Numbered from the stretch's first letter, positions 22,206-34,099 are shown. The stretch: 64,000 nucleotides of DNA from Kineococcus sp. SYSU DK019 (GCF_050871625.1 NZ_JBJLRS010000003.1); one strand, 5' to 3'. Made by a program: numbers and translations. Notes: a model not told the origin generated them from the letters alone.

Positions 22206-23563
22206 CCGCCGCCGGCGCGCGGGCGGCGCTGACCTCGCTGACGTCCCCGGTGGTGCGGGAGGTGCGCGGGACGGTGCGCTGGGGCGTGCAGCACGGCATG
22301 CCGCGCCTGGCGGTGCGCCGCGGGGCGCGCACCGGGGACCTGCAGTCCCTGCTGCTGGCCGACCCGCCCACCTGGCGCGAGCCGTACGTCTTCCACGAGC
22401 GGGTCCGCGCCGCCGGGCCGCTGCTGACCGGCCGCTTCACCTGCATGAGCGCCTCGCACGCCGTGGTGCGCGAGGTGCTCGCCGGCACCGACTTCGGCGT
22501 GGGTGCCCTGCACGACGCCCCCCTGCCGCGCCTGCGGCCACTGCTGGCGTGGGGCGGCCGCGACCGGCCCACGCACCCCGTGGAGCCGCCCTCGATGCTC
22601 GCCGTCGACCCGCCCGAGCACACGCGCTACCGCCGCCTGGTCTCCGGGGTCTTCACCGCCCGCGCCGTGGAGGGCCTGCGCCCGCGCGTGCAGGAGATCG
22701 CCGACGAGCTGCTCGAGGAGCTCGCCCGGAGCGGGCCGCTGGTCGACGCCGTGCGCGACTACGCGCTGCGGCTGCCCGTCGCCGTCATCGCCGAGATCCT
22801 CGGCGTGCCGCCGCACCGGCGCGAGGAGCTGCGCGCCTTCGACGCGGGCCTGGCCGGCAGCCTGGAGGTCGCCGCCCCGTGGCGCGACGTGCGGGCCGTC
22901 GACGCGGCCCTGCGCGGCTTCGACACCTGGATCGGCGAGCACCTGCAGCAGCTGCGCCGCCGCCCCGGCGACGACCTGCTCAGCAGGCTGGTGGCCGCCA
23001 CCGACGACGACGGCGACGGCAGCGGGGCGCACCTGAGCGAGCGGGAGCTGCGGTCCACCGCCGGGCTGCTGCTGGCCGCCGGGTTCGAGACGACCGTGAA
23101 CCTCCTCGGCTCCGCGACCCGCCTGCTGCTGGACGAGCCCGGGCAGCTCGACCTCCTGCGCGCCGACCCCTCGCTGTGGCCGGGCGCGGTGGAGGAGGCC
23201 CTGCGGGTGGAGACGCCGGTGCAGCTGACCTCCCGCCGCGCGCTGCGCACCACCCGCGTCGCCGGTCGCGAGGTGCGGGCGGGAGCCCGGGTGGTGCTGC
23301 TGCTGGGTGCGGCCAACCGCGACCCGGACGTCTTCTGCGACCCCGCCCGCTTCGACGTGCGCCGCGCCAACGCCCGCGAGCACGTCGCCTTCTCCGGCGG
23401 TCGGCACTTCTGCCTGGGGGCGGCGCTGGCCCGGCTCGAGGGGCAGGTGGGGCTGCGCGCGCTGTTCGAGCGGTTCCCCCACCTGCGCCTCGCGCCCGGG
23501 GCGCGGCGCACCACCACGCGGGTGCTGCGCGGCTGGGAGCGGCTGCCGGTGCGGCTGGCGTAG
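22202..23563 (+). CDS. Cytochrome P450
   Basis: Heme loop [14 protein letters not shown] and ExxR. The GTG start overlaps the uppS stop. Confidence 0.8.
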   Translation: MTAAGARAALTSLTSPVVREVRGTVRWGVQHGMPRLAVRRGARTGDLQSLLLADPPTWREPYVFHERVRAAGPLLTGRFTCMSASHAVVREVLAGTDFGVGALHDAPLPRLRPLLAWGGRDRPTHPVEPPSMLAVDPPEHTRYRRLVSGVFTARAVEGLRPRVQEIADELLEELARSGPLVDAVRDYALRLPVAVIAEILGVPPHRREELRAFDAGLAGSLEVAAPWRDVRAVDAALRGFDTWIGEHLQQLRRRPGDDLLSRLVAATDDDGDGSGAHLSERELRSTAGLLLAAGFETTVNLLGSATRLLLDEPGQLDLLRADPSLWPGAVEEALRVETPVQLTSRRALRTTRVAGREVRAGARVVLLLGAANRDPDVFCDPARFDVRRANAREHVAFSGGRHFCLGAALARLEGQVGLRALFERFPHLRLAPGARRTTTRVLRGWERLPVRLA

Positions 23564-23627
23564 GGCGCACGCACCGCGACCCCGCCCCCTCGCACGAGGG
23601 GGCGGGGCCGCGGTGCACCCGGCCGGG

Positions 23628-26444
23628 TCAGCCCGTGTTGCGCATCCCCGCCGCGATCCCGTTGATCGTCAGCAGCAGCGCCCGGCGCAGCGCCGGGTCC
23701 ACGCCCTCGCCGGCCGCGCGGGAGCGGCCCAGCAGGCTCACCTGCAGCGCGTGCAGCGGCGCCAGGTAGGCGTCGCGCAGCTCCAGCGTGCGGCGCAGCA
23801 CCGGGGTGGTCTCCAGCAGCGACTCCTGCTGCGTCACCCACAGCACCTGCTCCAGGGTGCGGGCGTGCTCGGCGCGGATGACGTCGAACGCGCCGCGCTG
23901 CCCGGCCGGCACCAGCTCCTCCACGTAGTGCGCGGCGATGCCCAGGTCCGTCTTCGCCAGCGTCATCTGCACGTTGGAGACGAAGCTGCGGAAGAAGTGC
24001 CACTCGGCGTACATCTGCCGCAGCGCCTCGCCGCGCCCGGCCTCGCGCGCCGCCGCCAGGCCCGAGCCCACGCCGAACCAGCCGGGCACGTTGATGCGGC
24101 TCTGCGTCCACCCGAACACCCACGGGATCGCCCGCAGGTCCTCCAGGCCGCCGGTGCCACCGGGGCGGCGCGAGGGCCGCGAGCCGATGTTCAGGTGTCC
24201 CAGCTCCTCCACGGGCGTGGCGGCCAGGAAGAACGGCACCAGGTCCGGGTCGCGCACCAGCGAGCGGTAGGCCCGCTGCCCCTCGGCGGCCACCACCTCC
24301 ATCGTGGGGTCCCACACGTCCAGCTCGGCACGGCCCGCGCGGGCGCTGCGGTGCAGGGTGGAGGCCTCCAGGGCCGCCGCCAGCGCCACCTCCAGGTTGT
24401 GCCGGGCCAGGCGCGGCTGCAGGTACTTGTCGGAGATGACCTCGCCCTGCTCGGTGACCTTGATCGGGCCGTCGAGGGTGCCGTACGGCTGCGCGAGGAT
24501 CGCCTCGCCGGTCGGGCCGCCGCCGCGGCCCACCGAACCGCCCCGGCCGTGGAAGAGCCGCAGCACCACGCCGTGCCGGCGCGCCACGTCGCGCAGCGCC
24601 CGCTGCGCGCGGTGGATCTGCCAGCGCGAGGCGGCGATGCCGGCGTCCTTGGAGGAGTCGGAGTAGCCGAGCATGATCTCCTGCACGTCGCCGCGGGCGG
24701 CGACGACGCGGCGGTAGGAGGGGTCCGACAGCAGGCCCTCCAGCAGCTCCTCGGCCGCCTCCAGCTCCGTGACCGTCTCGAACAGCGGCACGAAGCCGAT
24801 GCGCGCCACGTCCCCGGGGCCGCCCTCGCGGCCGCCGCCGTCCGCCAGGTCCACCAGACCCACCTCGCGGGCCAGCACCACCACGGCCAGCAGGTCGTCC
24901 ACGCCCCGCGTCATCGACACGATGTAGCTCTCGATCGCGTCGTCGCCGAAGCGGTCCAGGCAGGTGCGGATCGTGGCGAACAGGTGCATGACCTGCGCCG
25001 GCGTGCCCGTCAGGGAGCGCACCGCCGCGCCGATGAGCGGGCGGTGCCCGGTCAGCTCCCGGCTCAGCAGCCGCCGCCGCGACTCGCGGTCCAGCGAGGC
25101 GTACGGCTGCACCAGCTCGCCGAGGCGGTCGTAGGCCGCCGCCAGCGCCGCGTGGTGCCGCTCGGCGTGCTCGCGCACGTCCAGCGTGGCCAGGCCGAAC
25201 CCGACGGCGTGCGCCGTGCGCACCAGCCGCGCCACCGACCCGTCGGCGACCAGCTCGCCGTCGTTGGCGCGCAGGGAGTCCTGCAGCAGCCGCAGCTCGG
25301 CGAGGAACTCCTCCGGGTCGGCGTAGTCCAGGCCCTCGACGTGCTCGGAGCCCGAGCGCAGCCGGGCGCGGGTGCCCTCCAGGCGGGCCAGCACGTAGGA
25401 CAGCTCGAAGCGGTACGGCTCCTCGCCGTTGAGGCGCTCGCGGTCGGCGCGCACCTCCGGCAGCAGGCGCGCGTCGCGCTCGAGCAGGGCCGCGAGCTCC
25501 TCGGACACGCCCACGATCTGGGTGGAGGCGGCCAGTTCGGTGCGCAGCTCGCGCACGGCCGACACCAGCACGTCCAGCGCCGCGTCGTGCACGAGCCCCA
25601 GCACCTCCAGCGTCACCTCGGGGGTGACGTTGGGGTTGCCGTCGCGGTCGCCGCCGACCCAGCTGCCGAAGCGCAGGGGGCGCGCACCGGCGGGCAGGTC
25701 CAGCCCGGCGCGGGCCAGGCCCACGTCCAGGTCCTCCAGCAGGTCGGGCAGCACGTCGGCGGCCAGCGTGCGCTGGTAGTGCAGCGCCGAGCGCGCCTCG
25801 TCCGCGGGCCGGGGGCGCTCCACGCGCAGCTCGTCGGTCTGCCACAGCAGGTCCACCAGCTCGGCGAGGCGCCGCTGGCCGCGCAGGGCGTCGGTGGGGC
25901 GCTGCTGGGGGTCCTCGGAGGCCTCCACGTTGGCGGTGATGCGCAGCAGCAGGTCCAGCACCGAGCGTCGGCTGGACTCGGTGGGGTGGGCGGTGAAGAC
26001 CGGCCGCAGCTGCAGCCGGCCCAGGACCTCCCGCACCGCGCCCGGATCGGCCTCACCGGCCGCGACGGCGTCCCGCAGCCGCTCCAGCGCGGTGTCCAGC
26101 CCGCCGCTGGGCCGGCGGGACAGCTCCAGGCCGCGGTGCAGCTGCTCGGAGGCGTTGGCCAGCTGGAAGTAGGCGGTGAACGCCCGGGCCAGCACGATGG
26201 CGGTGCGGTCGTCCACGCCGGACAGCAGCTGCGCCAGCTTGGTGCCGTCGTCGGGCTCGCGGGCCAGGGCCCGCACCTGCTCGACGAGCTCGAGGAGGTC
26301 GGCGCCCTCGTGCCGCGTCAGGGACTCGCCGAGGAGCTCGCCCAGCCGGCGCACGGAGGCGCGCAGCGCGGCGTGGCCCTCGTCGGAGGAGACGCCGTCG
26401 ACGGCCAGGGGGCCGTGGGTGGGGGTTTCGGTGCGCGTGCTCAT
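23628..26444 (-). CDS. ppc: Phosphoenolpyruvate carboxylase
   Basis: 938 aa. The C-terminus ...GMRNTG and conserved PEPC motifs are present. Confidence 0.9.
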   Translation of the reverse strand: MSTRTETPTHGPLAVDGVSSDEGHAALRASVRRLGELLGESLTRHEGADLLELVEQVRALAREPDDGTKLAQLLSGVDDRTAIVLARAFTAYFQLANASEQLHRGLELSRRPSGGLDTALERLRDAVAAGEADPGAVREVLGRLQLRPVFTAHPTESSRRSVLDLLLRITANVEASEDPQQRPTDALRGQRRLAELVDLLWQTDELRVERPRPADEARSALHYQRTLAADVLPDLLEDLDVGLARAGLDLPAGARPLRFGSWVGGDRDGNPNVTPEVTLEVLGLVHDAALDVLVSAVRELRTELAASTQIVGVSEELAALLERDARLLPEVRADRERLNGEEPYRFELSYVLARLEGTRARLRSGSEHVEGLDYADPEEFLAELRLLQDSLRANDGELVADGSVARLVRTAHAVGFGLATLDVREHAERHHAALAAAYDRLGELVQPYASLDRESRRRLLSRELTGHRPLIGAAVRSLTGTPAQVMHLFATIRTCLDRFGDDAIESYIVSMTRGVDDLLAVVVLAREVGLVDLADGGGREGGPGDVARIGFVPLFETVTELEAAEELLEGLLSDPSYRRVVAARGDVQEIMLGYSDSSKDAGIAASRWQIHRAQRALRDVARRHGVVLRLFHGRGGSVGRGGGPTGEAILAQPYGTLDGPIKVTEQGEVISDKYLQPRLARHNLEVALAAALEASTLHRSARAGRAELDVWDPTMEVVAAEGQRAYRSLVRDPDLVPFFLAATPVEELGHLNIGSRPSRRPGGTGGLEDLRAIPWVFGWTQSRINVPGWFGVGSGLAAAREAGRGEALRQMYAEWHFFRSFVSNVQMTLAKTDLGIAAHYVEELVPAGQRGAFDVIRAEHARTLEQVLWVTQQESLLETTPVLRRTLELRDAYLAPLHALQVSLLGRSRAAGEGVDPALRRALLLTINGIAAGMRNTG

Positions 26445-26643
26445 GACTGCTTGCCTTCGCCTCCCTGCGGGTGCGGGGTCGACGCTGACTCCGTCACGTT
26501 GCTGCTGCTCGGACTGCCTGCGGTGCCCGGACCGCCGGGCGTCGGCCCGGGGCGGGCGCGACGCGGTGCAGTCTTGCGCGTGCGCGCCGCCCGGGGGAAC
26601 CCGGGGCGGCGCCCGGCGGCCCGGGCCACCGCGGCGGCGGGTC

Positions 26644-26922
26644 TCAGGCGCCCGTGGCGGCGGCCTTGAGCTTGGAGCCGGCGGTCAGCTTGGCGCCGAA
26701 GGACGCCGCGATCTCCAGCGTCTCGCCGGTGCGCGGGTTGCGGCCGGTGCGGGCGGCGCGCTCGACGCGCTCGACGGTCATGAGGCCGGGCAGCTTGACG
26801 GTGTCGCCCTTGGCGACGGCCTCCAGCAGCACGTCGCCGAAGGCGCCGATCACGGCGTCGGCGTCGGTCTGCGAGACGCCGCTGCGCTCGGCGACGGCGG
26901 TGATGAGTTCGGAGCGGTTCAC
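26644..26922 (-). CDS. hup: DNA-binding protein HU
   Basis: Classic HU sequence MNRSELI...GRNPRTGE. Confidence 0.9.
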   Translation of the reverse strand: MNRSELITAVAERSGVSQTDADAVIGAFGDVLLEAVAKGDTVKLPGLMTVERVERAARTGRNPRTGETLEIAASFGAKLTAGSKLKAAATGA

Positions 26923-27035
26923 GTGGTCTCCCGGGGGTGGGTCGTCAGTGGTCGGCAGGCGACGTTACCGGGCGTCACGGCCCCGGCCGGGCACGGGCCG
27001 GACCACGGCGCGCCGCGCAGGTGCTGCGGCGGGCC

Positions 27036-27434
27036 TCAGCCCCGCGCGCTGCACGGCGCGCAGACCCCGAAGACCTCGACGACGTGCTCCACCTGGGTGA
27101 ACCCGTGCTCGGCGCCCACCCGGCGCGCCCAGGACTCCACGGTCGGCCCCTCCACCTCCACCGTGCGCCCGCACGAGCGGCACACCAGGTGGTGGTGGTG
27201 CCCGGTGCTGCAGCGGCGGTAGACGGCCTCGCCGTCGTCGGTGCGCAGCACGTCGACGTCGCCGTCCTCGGCCAGGGCCTGCAGGGCCCGGTAGACGGTG
27301 GCCAGGCCGACGCTGTCGCCGCGGGCGCGCAGCCGGGCGTGCAGGTCCTGGGCGGAGACGAACGCGTCGGCCTCGTCCAGGGCCGCGGAGACGGCCGAGC
27401 GCTGCTTGGTGGACCGGCGGGCCGGGGTGCTCAC
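27036..27434 (-). CDS. Fur-family transcriptional regulator (Zur-like)
   Basis: HHHH...CRSCG...CAPC metal sites. The start is a GTG with a GAGAGGAG RBS. It is divergent from glyS, as zur is in M. tuberculosis. Confidence 0.7.
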   Translation of the reverse strand: MSTPARRSTKQRSAVSAALDEADAFVSAQDLHARLRARGDSVGLATVYRALQALAEDGDVDVLRTDDGEAVYRRCSTGHHHHLVCRSCGRTVEVEGPTVESWARRVGAEHGFTQVEHVVEVFGVCAPCSARG

Positions 27435-27633
27435 GGCTGCTCCTCTCGCGGCGCGCCGGCGCGACCTGCGACCGGGGGTGGATGGCGCCTGGCGACTGTA
27501 CGTCACGCCCCGCCCGGGCAGCGGGCCCGTCCGCCCAGCGCGTAGCCTCGCCAGCGCCCCGCCACCGGGCGGGGCGCCGCGCCGCGCCCGGCGCGGCCAG
27601 GTCCGCCGACACCCAGCCGGATGGAGATCCCGC

Positions 27634-29028
27634 GTGGCACAGCCCAGCTCCGCCTCCCGACTCGACGCCGTCACCAACCTCGCCAAGCGCCGCGGGTTCG
27701 TCTTCCCCAGCGGGGAGATCTACGGCGGCACCCGCTCCGCCTGGGACTACGGCCCGCTGGGCGTGGAGCTGAAGGAGAACATCAAGCGCCAGTGGTGGCG
27801 CACCATGGTCTCCTCCCGCGACGACGTCGTCGGGCTGGACTCCTCCGTGATCCTGCCGCGGCGGGTGTGGGAGGCCTCCGGCCACGTCGAGGTGTTCACC
27901 GACCCGCTCGTGGAGTCGCTGGTCACGCACAAGCGCTACCGCGCCGACCACCTGCTGGAGGCGTACGAGGCCAAGCACGGCCACCCGCCGGCCAACGGCC
28001 TGGCCGACGTCGTCGACCCCGACACCGGCGTGCGCGGGCAGTGGACCGAACCGCGCAACTTCTCCGGGCTGATGAAGACCTACCTCGGTGCCGTGGACGA
28101 CGAGGAGGGCCTGCACTACCTGCGGCCCGAGACCGCCCAGGGCATCTTCGTGAACTTCGCCAACGTCATGGGCTCGGCGCGCAAGAAGCCCCCGTTCGGC
28201 ATCGGCCAGATCGGCAAGAGCTTCCGCAACGAGATCACCCCGGGCAACTTCATCTTCCGGACCCGCGAGTTCGAGCAGATGGAGATGGAGTTCTTCGTCG
28301 AGCCCGGCACGGACGAGCAGTGGCACCAGTACTGGCTCGACGAGCGCATGTCCTGGTACGTGGGCCTGGGCATCGACCCGGGCAACCTGCGCTTCTTCGA
28401 GCACCCGGCGGAGAAGCTGTCGCACTACTCCAAGCGCACCGTGGACATCGAGTACCGCTTCGGGTTCACCGGCTCGGAGTGGGGGGAGCTGGAGGGCGTC
28501 GCCAACCGCACCGACTACGACCTGTCGACCCACTCGCGCGAGTCCGGCGTGGACCTGTCCTACTTCGACCAGGCCAAGGGCGAGCGCTGGACCCCCTACG
28601 TCATCGAGCCCGCCGCGGGCCTGACGCGCTCGCTCATGGCGTTCCTGGTGGACGCGTACTCCGAGGACGAGGCCCCCAACACCAAGGGCGGGGTGGACAA
28701 GCGCACCGTGCTGCGGCTGGACCACCGCCTGGCCCCGGTCAAGGCCGCGGTGTTCCCCCTCTCCCGCAACGAGCAGCTCTCGCCCAAGGCGCGCGACCTG
28801 GCCGCGGAGCTGCGCAAGCACTGGAACATCGAGTTCGACGACGCCGGCGCGATCGGGCGGCGCTACCGCCGCCACGACGAGGTCGGCACCCCGTACTGCA
28901 TCACCGTCGACTTCGACACCCTGGAGGACCAGGCGGTGACCATCCGCGAGCGCGACACCATGGCGCAGGAGCGCGTGTCGCTGGACCAGGTCGCCGGCTG
29001 GCTGGGCAGCAGGCTGCTGGGGGCCTGA
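27634..29028 (+). CDS. glyQS: Glycine--tRNA ligase (dimeric class II GlyQS type)
   Basis: Class II motifs and high similarity to actinobacterial GlyRS. The start is a GTG in frame with the long ORF. Confidence 0.9.
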   Translation: MAQPSSASRLDAVTNLAKRRGFVFPSGEIYGGTRSAWDYGPLGVELKENIKRQWWRTMVSSRDDVVGLDSSVILPRRVWEASGHVEVFTDPLVESLVTHKRYRADHLLEAYEAKHGHPPANGLADVVDPDTGVRGQWTEPRNFSGLMKTYLGAVDDEEGLHYLRPETAQGIFVNFANVMGSARKKPPFGIGQIGKSFRNEITPGNFIFRTREFEQMEMEFFVEPGTDEQWHQYWLDERMSWYVGLGIDPGNLRFFEHPAEKLSHYSKRTVDIEYRFGFTGSEWGELEGVANRTDYDLSTHSRESGVDLSYFDQAKGERWTPYVIEPAAGLTRSLMAFLVDAYSEDEAPNTKGGVDKRTVLRLDHRLAPVKAAVFPLSRNEQLSPKARDLAAELRKHWNIEFDDAGAIGRRYRRHDEVGTPYCITVDFDTLEDQAVTIRERDTMAQERVSLDQVAGWLGSRLLGA

Positions 29029-29042
29029 GCCCCGCGGTGCCG

Positions 29043-29080
29043 ACGGCGCCGTCCCGCTGCGGCGGGGCGGCGCCGTTCTC
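29043..29080 (+). terminator. Hairpin terminator candidate downstream of glyQS
   Basis: acggcgccgtcccgc-tgcg-gcggggcggcgccgt followed by ttctc. Confidence 0.5.
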
Positions 29081-29165
29081 GCACCCGGTCCTTCCGGAAA
29101 GCTTGCGGTAACGAGGGTGGGGCCGTACGTTCACAGCCCCAGCTCAGCTACGAGGAGGTAGCTCC

Positions 29166-29906
29166 GTGGAACTCTCCGTGTCCCGGACCACCCGTTCGCG
29201 CACCACCCGCCGCCTGGTCGCCGCCGTCGCCCTGACCCTGGCCGCGCTCACCGCGGCCCCCGCCGTGCCGGCGCAGGCCGGCCGTCCCGCCCCCGAACCG
29301 ATCACCACGGCGCGCGCCGGGGGGCAGTCCGTCGCGCTGACCTTCGACGACGGACCGAACGGCGCCGACACCGAGCGCCTCCTGGACGTCCTGCGCGCCC
29401 ACCGCGTCGAGGCCGTCTTCTGCCTGCAGGGCGACCGGGTGCTGGCCGACCCCGACCTCGTGCGCCGCATCGCCGCCGAGGGTCACACCCTGTGCAACCA
29501 CTCGATCCGCCACGACGACCTGGGGACGTCCACGCCCGAGCAGGTGCGCGCCGACCTGGAAGCCACCAGCGCGCTCATCCGCTGGGCCGTGCCCGGCGCC
29601 GACATCCCCTACTTCCGCGCCCCCTACGGCTCCTGGGGCGTGAGCGCGCAGGTGGCCGACCGGATGGGCATGGAACCGCTGGGCTGGACCTTCGACGTGG
29701 CCGACTGGGAGGAGCCCGGCGCGGAGCTGATCGCCCAGCGCGTGCGCGAGCGCCTGGTGCCCCGCTCGGTGGTCCTGATGCACGACGGCGGCGGCGACCG
29801 CAGCGGCACCGTCGACGCGGTCGCCGCGCTCGTCCCCGAGCTGCGGGCCGCCGGGTGGCGCTTCACCCTGCCCGCACGGCGCGCGACGCGGGGAGCGCAC
29901 CGGTGA
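29166..29906 (+). CDS. Polysaccharide deacetylase (NodB homology) with signal peptide
   Basis: TFDDGP motif and HSxxH. Confidence 0.75.
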   Translation: MELSVSRTTRSRTTRRLVAAVALTLAALTAAPAVPAQAGRPAPEPITTARAGGQSVALTFDDGPNGADTERLLDVLRAHRVEAVFCLQGDRVLADPDLVRRIAAEGHTLCNHSIRHDDLGTSTPEQVRADLEATSALIRWAVPGADIPYFRAPYGSWGVSAQVADRMGMEPLGWTFDVADWEEPGAELIAQRVRERLVPRSVVLMHDGGGDRSGTVDAVAALVPELRAAGWRFTLPARRATRGAHR

Positions 29907-31228
29907 GCGCCACGCGCACCCGGCGCCTGCGCGCCGTCGCACTGCTCACCGGCGCCCTCGTGCTCGGTGCCGGCACCGCCACCTCCGCCGCCCCGGACCC
30001 CGCGGTCGCCGCGAAGGCCGCCCACGGCCGCGGCACCGGCGGGGAGTGGATCGGCACCTGGGCGAGCGTGCCCACCGCCGTGCCCGCCTCCGGCGTCACC
30101 GTCCTGCAGGACCAGACCGTCCGGCAGGTGGTGCGCACCAGCATCGGCGGCGGCAGCCTGCAGGTCCGCTTCACCAACGAGTTCGGCGAGACACCGCTCG
30201 TCGTCGGCGAGGCGCACGTCGGGCTGCGCGACGGCTCCACCGGCACCGACGTGCTGGCCGGCACCGACCGCACGCTCACCTTCGGCGGCAGCACGTCCAC
30301 GACCGTCCCGGCCGGCGCACCGCTGCTCAGCGATCCCGTGCAGCTCGACCTGCCCGACGGCGGCGACCTCGTCGTCAGCATCCACCTGCCCGAGGCCACC
30401 CCGGTCACCACCGTGCACGCCTTCCCGTACCAGGACAACGTCGTGGCCGCCGGTGACGTCACCGGCGCCCGCAGCGTCACCCCCACCGCCACGGTGGGGC
30501 AGTGGGTGTTCCTCTCCGGCGTCAGCGTGCTGGCGCCCGAGCGCGACCGCGCCTCGGCGATCGTGGCGCTGGGCGACTCCATCACCGACGGCGCCGAGAC
30601 GACCCGCGGTGCCAACCGGCGCTGGCCGGACCTGCTCGCCGAGCGGCTGCGCGGGGCGAGGGGTTTCCCCGACCGCGGGGTGCTGAACGAGGGCGTCAGC
30701 GGCAACCGCCTGCTGCACGACCCGAACCCGCCCGCCGGCTCGCCCGCGCAGGGGTACGCGGCCTTCTTCGGCGAGAGCGCGCTGCGCCGCTTCGACCGCG
30801 ACGTGGCCGCCCAGCCGGGCGTGGAGCACCTGGTGGTCCTGCTGGGCGTCAACGACCTCGGCCACCCCGGCACCTCGGCGCCGGAGTCCGAGACCGTCAC
30901 CGCGCAGCAGGTCATCGACGCGCACCGCCAGCTCATCGCCCGCGCCCACCAGCTCGGCATCACCGCGATCGGCGGCACGATCCTGCCGTTCGAGGGCGAC
31001 ACCCTCGGCTTCTCCAGCGAGGAGAACGAGGCCGCCCGCCAGCAGGTCAACCACTGGATCCGCACCAGCGGCGAGTACGACGCCGTCGTCGACTTCGACG
31101 CCGCCCTGCGCGACCCGCGCGAGCACCGGCGGCTGAACCCGCGCTACGACTCCGGCGACCACCTGCACCCGAACGACGCCGGGATGCGGGCGATGGCCGA
31201 GGCGGTGCCGCTGGGGCTGTTCCGCTGA
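29903..31228 (+). CDS. Secreted SGNH/GDSL hydrolase family protein
   Basis: Signal peptide, GDSITDG block I and DHLHPN block V. The GTG start overlaps the upstream stop. Confidence 0.7.
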   Translation: MSATRTRRLRAVALLTGALVLGAGTATSAAPDPAVAAKAAHGRGTGGEWIGTWASVPTAVPASGVTVLQDQTVRQVVRTSIGGGSLQVRFTNEFGETPLVVGEAHVGLRDGSTGTDVLAGTDRTLTFGGSTSTTVPAGAPLLSDPVQLDLPDGGDLVVSIHLPEATPVTTVHAFPYQDNVVAAGDVTGARSVTPTATVGQWVFLSGVSVLAPERDRASAIVALGDSITDGAETTRGANRRWPDLLAERLRGARGFPDRGVLNEGVSGNRLLHDPNPPAGSPAQGYAAFFGESALRRFDRDVAAQPGVEHLVVLLGVNDLGHPGTSAPESETVTAQQVIDAHRQLIARAHQLGITAIGGTILPFEGDTLGFSSEENEAARQQVNHWIRTSGEYDAVVDFDAALRDPREHRRLNPRYDSGDHLHPNDAGMRAMAEAVPLGLFR

Positions 31229-31386
31229 CCCGGGGTGCCGCCTCGCCGCGCTGCGGGGGGGCGGCACGCCGCGCCGCACGGGCCTCGTCCAGGCGCGCGC
31301 CGGGCCGCTAGGGTTCCCGGCGGGTGCCTCGGGACACCTGCCGGCAGCGGTGCCAGCCGCCCCGGTCCGCATCGGAACGGAGTGGG

Positions 31387-32925
31387 ATGGACACCGTCAT
31401 CACCGTCGCCGTCGTCGTCGGGGCGCTCGTCGTCCTGCTCCTGGTGGCGGCCGTCGTCGTCAAGGCGCGCTACAAGATCGCCAGCCCGTCCGAGGCGCTG
31501 ATCATCGTCGGCAGGAAGGGTCGGCCGGTCACGAACCCCCAGACCGGGGAGGTGACCACCGACCTGTCCGGCCAGAAGGTCGTCATGGGTGCCGGCGTCT
31601 TCGTCAAGCCGCTCGTGCAGCAGGCCCACCGGCTGTCCCTGGCCTCGGTGCGCATCCCCATCTCCATCCGCGGAGCGGTCTCGCGCCAGGGCATCCGGCT
31701 GAACGTGGACGGCGTGGCCATCGTCAAGGTGGGTGGCACCGAGGACCTGGTCCGCGCCGCCTCGCAGCGCTTCCTGCAGCAGCAGGGCGAGATCGAGCCC
31801 TTCACGCAGGAGGTCCTGGCCGGCAGCCTGCGCGGGGTCATCGGCACCCTGACCGTCGAGGAGATCATCCGCGACCGCGTCGCCTTCGCCCGCCAGGTCG
31901 AGGAGGAGGCCGTCACCAGCCTGAACAACCAGGGGCTGGTGCTGGACACCCTGCAGATCCAGGACGTCAGCGACGACGGCAACTACCTGCAGGACCTGGG
32001 CCGCCCCGAGGCGGCCAACGCCCGCCGCGCCGCCGAGATCGCCGAGGCGAACAACGCGCAGGAGGCCCAGCAGGCGCAGGCGCTGTCCGACGCGAAGATC
32101 GCCCAGGCGCAGCGCGACCTGGCCCTGCAGCAGGCGCAGTTCCGCGCCGACCAGGACAAGGCCGCCGCGGAGGCGGACGCCGCCGGCCGCCTGGCCGAGG
32201 CCGCCGCCCAGCAGCAGGTCCTGCTGGAGCAGGAGCGGGTGGCGCAGCGCCAGGCCGAGCTGACCGAGCGCAACCTCGACACCGAGGTGCGCAAGCCCGC
32301 CGACGCCCGCCGCTACGAGGCCGAGCAGCAGGCCATGGCGCAGAAGACCGCGCGCGTGCTGTCCGCCGAGGCGGAGCAGCAGGCGTCCGTCGCCGCCGCG
32401 CAGGCGGAGGCCGAGCGGGTGCGCCTGTCCGCGGAGGCCGAGGCGGCCCGGGTCCGGGTCGCCGCCGAGGCCGAGCTGGAGCGCCGCACCGCGGACGCGA
32501 ACGCCGTGCGCCTGGAGGGCCAGGCGCAGGCCGAGGCGCTGTCCGCCACGGGTGCCGCCAAGGCCGAGGCGCTGCAGAAGGAGGCGCGGGCGCTGCGGGA
32601 GTTCGGGGAGGCCGCGCTGACCCAGCGCGCCCTGGAGGTCCTGCCCCAGGTCGCGCAGGCGCTGGCCAGCCCCATCGCCGGCATCAAGGACCTCACCGTC
32701 ATCTCCAACGACGGCGCCGGTGCCCTGAGCCGCTCGGTGGGCACCAACCTCCAGGAGACGCTGGAGGTGCTCAAGCGGACCACCGGCGTCGACCTCGCCG
32801 GGGTCTTCCGCTCCCCGGGCCCGGAGCGGGGCCCGGAGCGGGGTCCGCAGCGCGGTCCGGTCCGCGAGGACGAGCCGCGGGGTGGCGACGGGCAGGCCCC
32901 GGGGGCCGTCATCATGGAGGGGTGA
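31387..32925 (+). CDS. Flotillin / SPFH (band 7) domain protein with a long Ala/Gln/Glu coiled coil
   Basis: N-terminal transmembrane segment, SPFH domain, an AEAEAARV-type coiled coil, and C-terminal [14 protein letters not shown] repeats. Confidence 0.8.
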   Translation: MDTVITVAVVVGALVVLLLVAAVVVKARYKIASPSEALIIVGRKGRPVTNPQTGEVTTDLSGQKVVMGAGVFVKPLVQQAHRLSLASVRIPISIRGAVSRQGIRLNVDGVAIVKVGGTEDLVRAASQRFLQQQGEIEPFTQEVLAGSLRGVIGTLTVEEIIRDRVAFARQVEEEAVTSLNNQGLVLDTLQIQDVSDDGNYLQDLGRPEAANARRAAEIAEANNAQEAQQAQALSDAKIAQAQRDLALQQAQFRADQDKAAAEADAAGRLAEAAAQQQVLLEQERVAQRQAELTERNLDTEVRKPADARRYEAEQQAMAQKTARVLSAEAEQQASVAAAQAEAERVRLSAEAEAARVRVAAEAELERRTADANAVRLEGQAQAEALSATGAAKAEALQKEARALREFGEAALTQRALEVLPQVAQALASPIAGIKDLTVISNDGAGALSRSVGTNLQETLEVLKRTTGVDLAGVFRSPGPERGPERGPQRGPVREDEPRGGDGQAPGAVIMEG

Positions 32926-34097
32926 GCCTCCTCGACGTCCCGGTGCACACCCCGGTGGCCGCGCCCCTGCGCATCGGCCCGCACGTGTCGGCGACCCCGG
33001 TGGTGCTGGCCCCCATGGCCGGCATCACCAACTCCGCCTACCGGCAGCTGTGCCGGGAGCACGGCGAGGGCTTCTACGTCTCCGAGATGGTCACCTCCCG
33101 GGCGCTGGTCGAGCGCACCCCGGAGTCGATGCGCCTGGTGACCTTCACGCCCGAGGAGCGTCCCCGCAGCCTGCAGCTTTACGGGGTGGACCCGGCCACC
33201 GTCGCCGCCGCGGTGCGGATGGTGGTGCAGGAGGACCTCGCCGACCACGTCGACCTGAACTTCGGCTGCCCCGTGCCCAAGGTCACCCGCAAGGGCGGGG
33301 GAGCGGCCCTGCCGTGGAAGGCGGAGCTGTTCCGCGACATCGTCGCCGGCGCGGTGCGCGAGGCGTCGAAGGGCGGGATCCCGCTGACGGTGAAGATGCG
33401 CAAGGGCATCGACGACGACCACCTCACCTACCTCGAGGCCGGGCGCACCGCCGAGCGCGAGGGCGCCGCGGCCGTCGCCCTGCACGGGCGCACTGCCTCC
33501 CAGCACTACTCCGGCCACGCCGACTGGGAGGCGATCGCCCGGCTGAAGGAGGCCGTCACCACGATCCCGGTCCTCGGCAACGGGGACGTGTGGAGCGCCG
33601 AGGACGCGCTGGAGATGGTGCGCCGCACCGGGTGCGACGGCGTCGTCGTCGGTCGCGGCTGCCTGGGCCGGCCGTGGTTGTTCGCCGACCTGGAGGCGGG
33701 TTTCGCCGGCCGCCCGGAACGGGTGCGCCCCGGCCTGCGCACCGTCGCCGCGACCCTGCGCCGGCACGCCGAGCTGCTGGTGGAGCACTACGGCGACGAG
33801 CTGCGCGCCTGCCGCGACGTGCGCAAGCACGTGGCCTGGTACTTCAAGGGCTACGTCGTCGGCGGCGACCTGCGCGCGAAGCTGGGCCTGGTGGACTCCC
33901 TCGCCGCGCTCGACGAGCTGCTCGCCTCCCTGGACCTGGACCAGCCCTACCCCGGCGCCGCGGCGGAGGGCTCGCGCGGCCGGGCCGGCTCCCCGCAGCG
34001 GGTGGCGCTGCCGGAGGGCTGGCTGGACGACCGCGCCCTGTCCGGCGCCGCCGCCGAGGTCGTGCGCCAGGCCGAGCTGTCGGTCTCGGGGGGCTGA
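32922..34097 (+). CDS. dusB: tRNA-dihydrouridine synthase
   Basis: [13 protein letters not shown] and the rest of the Dus family pattern. The GTG start overlaps the upstream stop. Confidence 0.85.
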   Translation: MSLLDVPVHTPVAAPLRIGPHVSATPVVLAPMAGITNSAYRQLCREHGEGFYVSEMVTSRALVERTPESMRLVTFTPEERPRSLQLYGVDPATVAAAVRMVVQEDLADHVDLNFGCPVPKVTRKGGGAALPWKAELFRDIVAGAVREASKGGIPLTVKMRKGIDDDHLTYLEAGRTAEREGAAAVALHGRTASQHYSGHADWEAIARLKEAVTTIPVLGNGDVWSAEDALEMVRRTGCDGVVVGRGCLGRPWLFADLEAGFAGRPERVRPGLRTVAATLRRHAELLVEHYGDELRACRDVRKHVAWYFKGYVVGGDLRAKLGLVDSLAALDELLASLDLDQPYPGAAAEGSRGRAGSPQRVALPEGWLDDRALSGAAAEVVRQAELSVSGG

Positions 34098-34099
34098 GG

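Noticed and set aside
27621-29111. ATG at 27621 as the glyS start (alternative frame ORF)
   Set aside because: That frame gives Arg/Pro-rich nonsense. The frame with GlyRS homology starts at GTG 27634.
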